64,000 nucleotides of DNA from Rebecca billardiae RCC1528 (Eukaryota > Protista > Haptophyta): positions 1 to 64,000 of the forward strand of contig OZ251236.1 of assembly GCA_965240325.2 (NCBI GenBank). Direction: 5' to 3'. The first letter of the stretch is position 1, and every line of letters starts with the position of its first letter. The notes beneath the pieces were generated by a model that was given only the letters and a program-made list of their open reading frames with translations, searched no databases and was not told the origin of the DNA. The translations under genes and the position numbers were made by a program. This document shows, in pieces, positions 27,381 through 37,780 of this stretch.

Positions 27381-28640
27381 ATGGCGGACGCCGCCGCCGC
27401 CGCGCACGAGGAGGAGGAGGCGCGCGAGGCGCACGCGCGCGCGCTCGACGCGCTGCGCGGCGGGTCGCCGGACGTGGAGCGCGCGGTGCGGCTCCTCGCC
27501 AAGGCCGCGCGCATGGCGCCCGCCTCCGCCTTCCTCCGCGAGCAGCGCGACCACGGGCAGGCGCTCGCGGACACGATGCGCGCCGCGAGGCCGAGCGGCG
27601 ACCTGCACGGCCTGCTCGGCGTGGCGCGCGGCGCGTCGGGCGCGGAGCTGCGCGCGGCGTTCAGGCGCATCGCGCTGCGCGTGCACCCGGACAAGAACCC
27701 GCTGCCCGCCGCCGGCGACGCGTTCCGCGCGCTCGCGGCCGCGGTCGACGCCGCGGCGGCGCGCGCGCCGAGCAAGCAAGCGCCGCCGCCGCCGCCGACG
27801 CCCGCGGCGGCGCCGAGCGGCGCGCGCGCGCCGACGCTCGTCCGCCTCGTCTGCGCCGCGTGCGCCCGCCCCTTCTCCGCGCAGCTCCGCGCCGCCGCCG
27901 ACGACGCCGCGCCCTTCCGCGCGCCGTGCCGCGGCTGCGGCGCGCACACCACCTCGACGCTCGCCGACGTGCGCTCGGGCGCGCAGGCGCGAGAGGCGCG
28001 CGCGAGGGTCGCGGCGCGCGAGGCGGCGGCGCGGCGCGCGGGCGAGGCGGCCGACGAGGCGCGCCTCCGCGCCGCCGCCGCCGCCGCGCGCGCCGCCGCC
28101 GCCGCCGCCGCCTCGCCCGCGCCGCCGCCGGCGCGCGCCGAGCCGAGCCAGCGGGCGCGCGCGGACGGCGCGCCCGCCGCCGCGGACGACGGCCGCGGCC
28201 GCGGCGGCGGGTGCGACGGCGACGACGACGACACGGCGGCGGAGGTGGCGCGGCTGCGCGCCGCCGCGGCGGCGGCGCGCGCCGCGCGCGCCGCGCCGCC
28301 GCCGCCGCCGGCCGCGCGCACGCCGCCGCCCTCGGCCGCCCCGCGGGCCGCGGCCGCGCCCGGCGGCGCGGCGCGGCTGGCGGCCGCCGTGCACGGCGGC
28401 CGCGCGCAGCTGCTCGACGCGTGCAGGCAGGCGGCGCGCAGCCCGGCCGAGCGCGCGGCAGGGCCGCCCGGCGGCGCGAAGAAGCGCGCGCGCCGCGCGT
28501 CCGACGGCGGCGGCTGCGCCGCCGCCGCGAAGCGCGCGCGCGGCGGTGGCGGCGGCGGCGGCGGCGGCACGCCGCGCGCGCCCGTGCGCGCGGCGGACGT
28601 GCTCAGCCTGTGCGGCGGCGGCGCGCGGCCTGGCGGATGA
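27381..28640 (+). CDS. DnaJ-domain protein with a C4 zinc-ribbon-like motif
   Basis: LLGVARGAS..AFRRIALRVHPDKN (J domain HPD motif); CAAC...CRGC; basic NLS-like KKRARR. Confidence 0.85.
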   Translation: MADAAAAAHEEEEAREAHARALDALRGGSPDVERAVRLLAKAARMAPASAFLREQRDHGQALADTMRAARPSGDLHGLLGVARGASGAELRAAFRRIALRVHPDKNPLPAAGDAFRALAAAVDAAAARAPSKQAPPPPPTPAAAPSGARAPTLVRLVCAACARPFSAQLRAAADDAAPFRAPCRGCGAHTTSTLADVRSGAQAREARARVAAREAAARRAGEAADEARLRAAAAAARAAAAAAASPAPPPARAEPSQRARADGAPAAADDGRGRGGGCDGDDDDTAAEVARLRAAAAAARAARAAPPPPPAARTPPPSAAPRAAAAPGGAARLAAAVHGGRAQLLDACRQAARSPAERAAGPPGGAKKRARRASDGGGCAAAAKRARGGGGGGGGGTPRAPVRAADVLSLCGGGARPGG

Positions 28641-29363
28641 CGATGGCGGCGGTGGTGCGAGCGGGGCCGCCGCTGCGTGTCCAGGCGCATGCGCAGCAGC
28701 GCCATGCCGGGTGCCCGCTGCCAACTGCGCCGCGCGAGACCGATGCGCTTGCGACTGCCGACTCGCCACTGTGACTGTGAGGCACTCGCCTCCCGCGCTG
28801 AGGGCGGCTGAGGCTGAGCAGCGGCGGCCGCAGGCCGGCCGCCACGCACGGCACTGCCAGCCGCGACCGCGCGGGGCCGGCCGCGCGCGAGGGCGTATGG
28901 CACGCGCAGCATCAGCCAGCCGCCGCGCGCTTATTATATATTTATAGAGGTCAATTCCGAGTGCTGTAGCGGAGCAGTATCTTAGAGCAGCGCTGATGGC
29001 GCCCACGGCCCAGCCACGAGGCACATACGCGACTGTAGTCTAATATATAACTCTACTAGGACTAGATCGACTGAGCGGTCCGCGTGACGCGCGGCGTGCG
29101 GCGTGAGGCACGTGACTCGGTGACTCTGAATCCCACGACGTCCACGAGCCTGGCGGCTAACAGTCACCGGCGCGGGCCGCGGCCCGATGGATTCATTCTC
29201 GATAATATCTGTATACCGGCGGCGGCGCAGCGACTAGCGCGCGGCGGTGCCCCGCGGCCCGGAGCCGCCAGCGGTCCGGCCGGCTCCGACGGACGCGGCC
29301 ACGGAGTGGCAAGTCGTCCGGTCCGCGGGGCCCGCGCTGCGCGCGCGCCCGTCCGCGGCAGCG

Positions 29364-31706
29364 TCACGCGGCCGGCTGCGGCACGGCCTGCGCGCCCGCC
29401 TCGCCCGCCGGCTGGTGCGCGGGCGGCTGTGCGGGCGGCGTCGGCGCGAGCTGCGCGGCCAGCTGCGCGTACTTGGCCCCCTGCCGGATGAACACGTCAC
29501 CTGCCGAGATCGAGACGAGATCGGGATCGAGATCGCGCGAGATCGAGACATCGCGCGGCGCGGCGCGGCCGCGGCCGCGGACGGGCGGCGGTGGGGGGGG
29601 GTGGCGCGCGGTGAGCGCGCGCGCGAGGGGGTGTGCTCGCCGCTTGTTCCGGGCCGGCCCACGCGCGGCGGCGCCGCGTCGCCGGTCGGCGTAGGGGGCG
29701 TGCTGCTGCGCTGTGGCATGGCTGGCGCGCACGCTCCGGCGCCGCCGCGCGCGGACGGGCGGCGGCGCCGGGCGCGCGCGCGCGCACGCCCCACGGCGGG
29801 GCGGCGCGCGCGCGGCCATGCGTGTGCGTGTGCTGCGCGCGCGCGCCCGGCCCCCAGCCCCGCCCCGCGCGCGCAGCCGCGCGCACGGTGCGCGGCTCCG
29901 CGCGCACCGTAGCGCTTGGTGGGCGGCGTGTGCGACACATGCACGACGCCGTCCGAGACGAAGAAGTTGAGACCGCCCGACGGCGGCTGCACCGCGCCGA
30001 GCAGCGGCGCGCCGCCCGCCCACACGCGCGACACCGACTTGCGCTTGAGCAGCTGCAGCTGCGCGTGGAAGGCCGCGTCGTCCTCGTCGACGAACGCCGC
30101 GAGCTTGGCCGTGGGGATCGCGCTGTACAGCCGCAGGTAGGAGCGCACCGTCGGCAGCTGCTGCCGCTGCCGCACTTCGTGCAGGAAGAGGCGCAGCTGC
30201 AGCCGGTAGGCCTCGGCGTGCGCGGACTCGAGCGCGAGGGGGTCGTCGTAGTCGGGCGCGCACGGCGAGACGAACTTGGGGCAGCTGCGGGGAGGGGGGC
30301 AGGGCGGAGGGGGGAGGCGCGGCGCAGGGGGGAGTGAGCGCGCGCGCCACCAGCAGCCGCCGCGATCTCGGCGCGATCTCGGCGCGCGGCCGCGCGCACG
30401 CAAACGAAAAAACGTCCTCGAACGCGCCCGCCTCGCCCCGCGCCATGCGCGCGGCCTTGTCGCCGAGCTTGTCGCCCAGCGCGGACGCGAGCGCGTCGTC
30501 GACCGCCAGGTGCGGCGCGAGCGCCAGCGTGATCCCGAGCGCGCCGTGCATCTGCTCGTTTTTCTTCAGAATGCCGTCGTACTGCGAGGAGCGCGACAGG
30601 TAGCCCTTGGTGCGCTGCAGCAGCGTGAGCATGGCGCCGAGCGTGCGGCACGCGTCCTGGTAGCGGCGGGTGAGGATGTAGCACCAGCCCACGTAGTAGC
30701 ACACGCCGATGTGCGACGCGGTCAGCTTCGCGTGCAGCCCGCCGCGCTTGCCCAGGTCGAAGGGCGCGGCGCACTGCAGCGCGCGCCTGTAATCGGCGAG
30801 CAGCGTGTGCATGCGCAGCTGGCCAATCAGAGCGTACGTGCCGAGGCGGCGGAAGAGGGGCGCGGCGGCGTACGCGCCGTCGGCCTTGCCGAGCACGCCC
30901 TTCGCCGCGCCGCCGCCCGCCACCCTCGCCGCCGTCGCCGCCGCCTCCGCGCTGCACGCGCCCTCCGCCACCATCGCGCCCAGGCAGCCGCTCTGCGCCA
31001 CGAGCTGCTCGAGCGTGCGCAGCACACTCGACGCGGCGTAGAGCTGGTCGTTCTCGCGGAGCTGCTCGACCTCGTCGGCCGTCTTGGTCTTGAGGCGCGA
31101 GCGCCAGCGGCAAAAGTCCTGGAACTGGTAGATGTACTCGTCCACGATGTCCCACAGCCACTGCGGCGGCAGCTCGAGCTCGGTGCGCCCGTCCTCGCCT
31201 GGCGGCGGCTGCGCGAGCACGTAGTCAAACAGGAGGCCGTAGTTCTCCCACGACTCGAAGCGCTGGTCGAGCGTGGGCTGGAGCTTGGCGTAGATGTGCC
31301 GGTAGAACAGCTCCTTGTACAGCATCATGAACAGCGGCTCCTCGTCCACGAGCGGCGCGATCGCGTCGGGCGGCGGCCACGGCGACGCCTTGAAGAAGCG
31401 GTCGGTGAGCCGGTTGAAGGTGGACTCGTAGATCACGTGGACCTCGGCGACGTTGCGCGCCTTGAGCTGCGCGTGGAAGTGCGCGACGAACTTCTGGATC
31501 ACCTCCGGCACGTACATGTCCGCCGACGACGCGCCGTCGCCGTCGGCGCCGTAGCCGCCGTAGCCGCCGCCGCCGCCGCCGCCGCCCGTGCCGTCCACCT
31601 CGATGGCGGCGTCAAAGGCGTGCGGGTCGGACGCGCCGGTCTGGGGCAGGTGGAACGCGGGCAGCTCGCTCGCCACGCCCGCGTCGAGCACGTCGTCCAC
31701 GTCCAT
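29364..31706 (-). CDS. EIF3L: Translation initiation factor 3 subunit L, 3 exons
   Basis: LYKELFYRHIYA, LPPQWLWDIVDEYIYQFQ, RSYLRLYS. Exons 31706-30400, 30284-29908 and 29500-29364 restore FACPKF and RYGDVFIRQ. Confidence 0.97.
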   Translation of the reverse strand: MDVDDVLDAGVASELPAFHLPQTGASDPHAFDAAIEVDGTGGGGGGGGYGGYGADGDGASSADMYVPEVIQKFVAHFHAQLKARNVAEVHVIYESTFNRLTDRFFKASPWPPPDAIAPLVDEEPLFMMLYKELFYRHIYAKLQPTLDQRFESWENYGLLFDYVLAQPPPGEDGRTELELPPQWLWDIVDEYIYQFQDFCRWRSRLKTKTADEVEQLRENDQLYAASSVLRTLEQLVAQSGCLGAMVAEGACSAEAAATAARVAGGGAAKGVLGKADGAYAAAPLFRRLGTYALIGQLRMHTLLADYRRALQCAAPFDLGKRGGLHAKLTASHIGVCYYVGWCYILTRRYQDACRTLGAMLTLLQRTKGYLSRSSQYDGILKKNEQMHGALGITLALAPHLAVDDALASALGDKLGDKAARMARGEAGAFEDVFSFACARPRAEIAPRSRRLLVARALTPPCAAPPPSALPPSPQLPQVRLAVRARLRRPPRARVRARRGLPAAAAPLPARSAAAAAAADGALLPAAVQRDPHGQARGVRRRGRRGLPRAAAAAQAQVGVARVGGRRAAARRGAAAVGRSQLLRLGRRRACVAHAAHQALRCARSRAPCARLRARGGAGGRARARSTRTRMAARAPPRRGACARARPAPPPVRARRRRSVRASHATAQQHAPYADRRRGAAARGPARNKRRAHPLARALTARHPPPPPPVRGRGRAAPRDVSISRDLDPDLVSISAGDVFIRQGAKYAQLAAQLAPTPPAQPPAHQPAGEAGAQAVPQPAA

Positions 31707-32021
31707 CGAGCGCCGCGTGTGTGTGCGTGTGCCTCGGCGCGCGCCTCGCGTCGTCAGTCGGCCTCTTTGGCCAAGGCGCCACTGACGGACCCGCGCGGCG
31801 CCTGGCTGGCGACGTGCTGGGCGGCCGGACATTCATTCGGCCAACGAATCAACGATGGCGGCCGCGCCGGACTCGTCGCAAGGCGTCTCGAGACGTGGGC
31901 GGGGCGGCGACGAGCCGATCGCGCAGGTGCGACACGCCGCGCGCGCGCGCGCGGGGCGGGGCCCACCCGGCGGGGCGCGCGCGGCGGGCCGCGGGGAGGG
32001 GCGCGGCGGGCGGCGCGCGCG

Positions 32022-32093
32022 CTGGGAGTGATACCACGCTTGGCTACAGAGCACCATGCTGCTGAACACTTAGACTACAATTCGATGACCCAG
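32022..32093 (+). ncRNA. Box C/D snoRNA with two LSU rRNA guides
   Basis: Terminal stem CTGGG/CCCAG; degenerate C box GTGATAC; D box ATGA. Guides ACGCTTGGCT (LSU AGCCAAGCGU) and AGACTACAATTCG (LSU CGAAUUGUAGUCU); rRNA targets recalled from memory. Confidence 0.65.
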
Positions 32094-32207
32094 ACGCGAG
32101 CGCGCGCGCACGCGCGCGCCGACCGGCCGCGCGGGAGGGGCGGCGCGCGCGCGCGCGGATGGGATGGGGCGGGCGGGGCGGCGTGCGGGGCGGGCGGGCG
32201 TGCGCGC

Positions 32208-32307
32208 GGGCGAAGTGATGCCACTCTTTCCCCGGAATACCGACCATGATTCCACCTCCGCCCGCCGGCTTCTTTAGCCAGTGGCCGCGCGAGGCTTCTG
32301 ATCGCCC
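32208..32307 (+). ncRNA. Box C/D snoRNA, snR190/SNORD12-like
   Basis: Stem GGGCGA/TCGCCC; C box GTGATGC; D box CTGA (32298); TCTTTCCCCG is antisense to conserved LSU CGGGGAAAGA. Confidence 0.7.
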
Positions 32308-32750
32308 GACGCGCACCGCGCACGCGCACCGCGCACGCGCACCGCGCCGCACGGGGGGAAGGCGCGGGGACGGGCGGGGCCCCGCGGCGGCGCGTCCGCG
32401 CACCCACGGACCGCCGCGCGCTGGCTGCCCCGCCCACAGCGGGGCCCGTCTTTTTAAAGCGGCGCCGCGCATGGCGCGCGCGCGCGCGCGTGCTGCGCGC
32501 GCGCGCGCGCCCGCCGGCGCGCGCCGCGTCGGAGGACGGCGACAGGCGCGGCGCGACGCGCGCGCTCACGCGCGTGCTCGCGCCCCGCGCGCCCCCCGCT
32601 CTGCGCGCGCAGGGCGACACGGCGCGCTCGCGGCACGGGCGGCAGCGGCGCGGGCGGCAGCGGCGCCTGCCACACGCGGTGCGCGCCGCGCGCGGGCGCC
32701 CGGCCGGGGGCCGCGAGCGCGCGCGCACGCGCGGGGAGGCGGGCCCGGCG

Positions 32751-32846
32751 GCGCGGCTGACGATGCCAAATCACGAACAATCCAACACCGAGCCCCCTCC
32801 GCGGGGCGGTGCGGATCACAAACCGAGCTTTTTAAGACCGACGCGC
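32751..32846 (+). ncRNA. Dual-guide box C/D snoRNA (U36/snR47-type SSU guide plus LSU A-loop-region guide)
   Basis: C box TGACGA; AACAATCCAAC then CCGA (antisense to LSU GUUGGAUUGUU); CGAGCTTTTTAA then CCGA (antisense to SSU UUAAAAAGCUCG); stem GCGCG/CGCGC. Confidence 0.8.
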
Positions 32847-32944
32847 ACAGCCGGCGCGCCACCACGGCACAGCCGGGGGCCGGGGGGGGGGGGGGGGGGG
32901 GGCTGGGTGCATGCGCGGTGCGGGCGGCGGGGGGCGGGCCGGCT

Positions 32945-33057
32945 GCGCGCGCCGCGGTGAGGATGGAACAAATCATTCGCAGTGACCACTTGACGCAGCC
33001 GCCTCGCGGCTGCAGCTGGAGGCGAAATTCTTCCTTGGATGTCTGAGCGGCGCGCGC
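32945..33057 (+). ncRNA. SNORD14: U14 snoRNA
   Basis: C box GTGAGGA; domain A CATTCGCAGT; internal hairpin 32995-33013; domain B TTCCTTGGATG followed by D box CTGA; 11-bp terminal stem. Confidence 0.93.
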
Positions 33058-33510
33058 GGCGGCCGGCAAGGGCGCGGGGGGGGGCGCGCGCCCCGACGAC
33101 CGACCCGCCTGCGTTTGCTTTACCCACCCGCTACCCACCTGCTGTTCCCGCGTGGGTAACTCACGCGCGCGGCCGCGCGGCGCCCCGCTCGCGCCGCGCA
33201 GGCACCGGCCGATTGATCGCGCGTCGTCAGCCCCGATGGCGCCGCTGACGGAACGGTCGCAGACTCTGACGCGAGGCGACGATGGCGCTCGTAACCGTCA
33301 TAGTGCTCCTAAGTGTGCGCCGAAACGGCATAGTCCGCCTACCAATAGCCCGCCCGTTACTTCTCGCGAGGCTTCGCGAGCAGCCGCCCGGCTGCTGCTG
33401 CGTGCCCGCTGCTGTTAGCTCGTCAGCGTGGCGGGCGGCGCCGCCCCTAGTCTAGACTCGGCGCGCCCCGGCGCGCAGCACAGGGCTCGCGCCCGCGGCG
33501 TGCGCGCGCG

Positions 33511-34198
33511 ATGGGGCCCTCGTCGAACAAGCGCGCCTCCCTCTCCACCATGCTCAAGCGCTCCGCCGTCGCCGCCAAGATGGGCTCGCTCGACGAGAGC
33601 GCCGGCCGGCGGCGCGCGTTCACGCTGCGGCTGGTCGACGCGCGCGGCGCCGGCGGCGCGCGCGAGGTGACGTTCGGCGGCGAGACGAGCCTGGAGGGCG
33701 TGAAGGCGGAGGCGGCGCGGCAGTTCGGCTACGCGCACGGCGCGGCGTACGTGCAGGCCGCGCACTCGCTCGTCCAGCTCCGCTCGGACGCGGACGTGGA
33801 CTCGGCGGTGGCCGAGTGGCGCGCCGCGCAGCCCACGCGCGCGGCGGACGCGCTCGAGGCGGCGTGCGAGCGGATCGGCGCGGGGCTGCGCGGGCTGGGC
33901 GGGCTGCGCGGGCGCAAGCGCGCCGCGCACCAGCTCTGGGAGCTCGCCTGCGTCCGCGACAACCACGCCGCCCTGCCCGACGCGGTCGTCGCCGCGCTCG
34001 CCGGCGCGGCGCGCGCGGGCGTCGCCGCGGACGACGGCGAGCTCGTCGTGCTCGCGGCGACGGCGGGGTGGATGCTGTGCGACGGCGGCGCGGCGTCGCG
34101 CGCGCGCGTGCCCACCGCCGCGCTCACCGCCGCCGTGTGCGCCTACATCCGCGCGCACACCGACGACGACGAGGACGGCATCCGCGACGGTGCGCGCG

Positions 34199-34232
<34 letters not shown>

Positions 34233-34644
34233 GCACCCGCACCCGCGCGACACGGCGCGCGCGCGGCCGCTCACGCGCCCCGCCGCCGCGGTCCGCAGGG
34301 CACGAGCACAAGCTGCCCGACGGCTGGGTGGCGACGCTGACCGGCGCGATCGCCGCCTTCGTCGCGGACGCCGACGCGCTCCGCGTCTTCGTCGGCACGC
34401 GCGGCGAGTCGGCGCTCGTGCCGCTGCTGGGGCATGCGAGCGCGCCGCTGCGCCGATCCACGACGGCTGCGCTGTGGTCGGCGTGCGCGGTGTCCGCGCA
34501 GGCGCGCGCGCAGCTGCTGGCGGGGCCGGGTGTGGAGCGGCTGCTCCGGCTGTCCGCGAGCGACGAGAACGCCGCCTCCGTGCGCCACGCCTCGCTGCTC
34601 CTCACCTGCCTCTGTCTGCAAGACGTGAGCCTGACTCTCTCGGC

Positions 34645-34695
<51 letters not shown>

Positions 34696-35550
34696 GCCGG
34701 GCGGCGGGGCGGGCGCGCGGCAGGGCGGCGGGGCGGCGTTGCGCCGCGCGTCGTCGCAGGCGAGCGCGGCGCTCGGCGGCTCGGCCGCCTCGCCCTTCGT
34801 CTCCGCCGCCACCAACCAGGGCCTCGACGCGCTCCGCCAGCTTGAGCTCGAGCCCCTGGTTCAAGATATTGTGGCGTCCATTGCTGAGCACGTGCGCGCG
34901 GCGCGCGCGGCCGCGGCGGCCGCGGCGGCGGCGGCGGAGGCGGAGGCGGCGGCGGGCGAGGGGAGCGAGGCCGATGCCGCCGGGCACGGCGCGGACGAGG
35001 GCGGCGCGCCGGACGGCATGTCCGTCCTCACCCTCGCCGGCGGCGGCCGCCCGCGCGCCGCCGCCGCCGCCTCGGCCGCCGCGCCGCGCGCCGACGGCGT
35101 CTCGACGCTGGGCGTGTTGCTGTGTTCGCTGTGGGCCGTGCTGGCGTGTCTGCAGGTGATGCGGCCGGACGCGCCGACGCTGCGCGCGTACGAGGTGGCG
35201 CAGCTGCTGCTCGAGGTGATCGCGCACTGCGCGCTCGACCCCGCCGAGCCCGCCGCGTGCGCCACCCTCTCCGCAGGCTGCGTCGCCAATCTCACGTATC
35301 CGCTGGACGGACCGTTGCGATCGCACCGCGCGGCGGCGCGGCGCGCGGCCGAGCGCGGGAGCCTGGGCGGCGGCGGGCGCGCGGCGGGGCACGCGCTGCC
35401 CGCCGAGCGGGTGTTGCACTCGCCCAGCGCCGCCGCGCACGCCGGCGTCGACCTCGCGCGCACGCCCTCCGTCACCTCCTCCGTCGGCGGCGGCGGGCGC
35501 GCGCCGTCGCCGCCCGCGCCGCCGCCCAGCCGGTTTGCAAGCCGCGCGCT

Positions 35551-35584
<34 letters not shown>

Positions 35585-37747
35585 CTGCCCGCGCGCTCGC
35601 CCGCGCGGCGGCGGGGCGGGTCGGAGGCGGCGGCGGCGGAGGGCGCGGCGGAGGGCGGCGGCCCGCCGCCCGACGGGCTGCCGCCCTCGCCGCTCGCCGC
35701 CGCGATCGCCGCCGACGACGGCGGCGGCGGCGACGACGGCGACGGCGGCGGCTGGTCGCTCGAGGCGGCGCGCGCGGGCGGCGCGGCGCGCGCCGGGCCG
35801 GGCGGCGGCTGGGTGGTGGGCTCGGCGCTGCTCGAGCTGCTCGTGGCGCCGCTGCGCGCGTGGCCCGCGCCCGCGCACGCGCTCCCGCACAAGCGGCTCA
35901 CCCTGCCCACCGACGCCGCCCGCCGCCTCGAGTGCGTCGCCGCCGCGCTCGCGCGCGCGTGCGCTGACATGCCGATCGAGCGAGACGCGCTGCTGACGCG
36001 CACGGCGCCGCCCGGGTGGTGGGCGCGGCGCTGGGGGGCGGGGGCGGCGGAGGAGGGGATGGGCGAGGCGGAGGAGGAGGCGGAGGCGGACGCGGACGTC
36101 GCGCAGTCCGGGCTGCACTGGCTCGTCGACCTCCTCTCCGCGCTGGACCCGCCGCCGCCGGCGGCGGCGGCGGCGGCGGCGGGCGCGGCGGGCGCGGCGG
36201 GCGCGGGCGCGGGCGCGGCGCGGCGCGGCGGCGGCGGCGGCGCGGAGCGGCGGCAGCTGAGCGGCGCGCTGCTGCACACGCAGTGGCACTGCGCGTACGC
36301 GCTGCAGACGCTGTGCGAGCGCGCCACCGCCGACGCCGTCGCGCCGCCGCCGCCCCCGCCGCACCGCGCGTCCGCCGCCGAGGCCGCGCCGCCGCCGTCG
36401 GTCGACGCGCGCGCCGCGGCCGCGGCCGCGCGCCGCGCGCACGCGGCCGCCGCGGCCGCCGCGCCGCCGCCGTCGAGCTTCAAGATCGGCGCGGGCGTGC
36501 GCCGCGGCTCGCGCAACGCGCCGCCGCCGCCGCCGCCGCTCCCCCCGCCGCCGCCCGCCCTCCCGCCCGCGCCGCGCCTCGACGGCTTGCGCCTGCGCAA
36601 GCTCGCTCACCTCTGCACCGCGCCCTCGTGGCGCACCGCCGCGCACGCGGCCGCGGCCGTGTGGGCGCTGGCGCGCGACCCGGCGTACGCGGCGGAGCTG
36701 GGCCGCGCGGGCGCGCTCGCGCGGCTGTGGGAGTCGCTCGAGGGCGCGCTGCGCGCGCTCGCCGCGCCGCCGCCGCCCGCCGCCGCCGCGAGCCGCGCGC
36801 GCGCGCGCGCGGCCGCGGCCGCGGCCGCGGCCGACGCCGACGCCGACGCGGGCGGCGGCGGCGCGGCGCGCGCCGCCGACGCGCCGCCGCCGCCGCCGCG
36901 CGCGGCGCAGCGGCTGCTCGCGCAGTGGGCGGGCGCGGCGCTGTGGCTGCTCTGCGCGCAGCGCGGCTGCGCGCACAACGCGCGCGAGCTCGCGGGCACC
37001 CCCGGCGCCGCCGCCCTCCTCGTCGCCTTTGCGCGCGGCGACGCGCCGCTGCCGGCGCGCGGCGGCGGCGGCGGCGGCGCGCGCGCGCCCGAGCCGCCGC
37101 CGCCGCCGCCGCCGCCGGGCGAGCACGCGCTGCCGCCCGCGCGCGACGGCGCGGTGCTCACCGTCGTCCTCGGCGCGCTCCACGCCCTCGTCAGCCACGC
37201 GCTCGGCGCGCTGCCGCCGCCGCAGCGCGCGCCGCAGCGCGCGCCGCCGCCGACCGCCGCCGCCGCCGCCGCCGCGCTCGGCGCCGCCGCCGCGGGCGCG
37301 CTGGTGCCGAGCGGCGGCGGCGCGGCGGCGGGCGCGGCGGTCGCCGCGCACGAGTGGCACCCGTCGCGCTCCGCCGCCGCCGCGCTCGTCGCGACGAGCG
37401 GCGCCGCGCCGCCGCCGCCGCCGCCGCCGCTCGGCGCGCCCGCCGCCGCCGCCGACGCCGGCGCCGCGCTCGGCGCCGCGGCGGCGGGCGAGGACGGCGC
37501 GTACTTTGCGATGCTCGCCGGCCTCGGCGCGCCCGCCGCGCTCGCCTCGATCGGCGCGGGCCGCGGCGCGCGCCCGCTCCAGCGGCTGCTCTGCGCCGAC
37601 GCGCTGCACTGGGCGACGCTCGTGCGCGCGGCCGGCGGGCCGGGGCCGCTTGGGGTGGCGGACGCGGCGGAGGCGGAGGGGCTGGTGCGGGGGCAGCGGC
37701 GCGCGGCGGAGCTGGCGGGCGCGGCGGACGAGGCGGCGCGGCTCGCG

Positions 37748-37780
<33 letters not shown>

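Larger units (their letters stand above)
31855..33216 (+). other. Putative snoRNA host gene (3 small exons, 50-aa micro-ORF)
   Basis: Introns 31927-32612 and 32679-33201 have the local GTGCG donor, CTCAC branch and GCAG acceptor, and each encloses two snoRNAs. Confidence 0.6.

Noticed and set aside
32882-32902. Poly-G run as a functional element
   Set aside because: Simple homopolymer in a snoRNA spacer; its length is unreliable.
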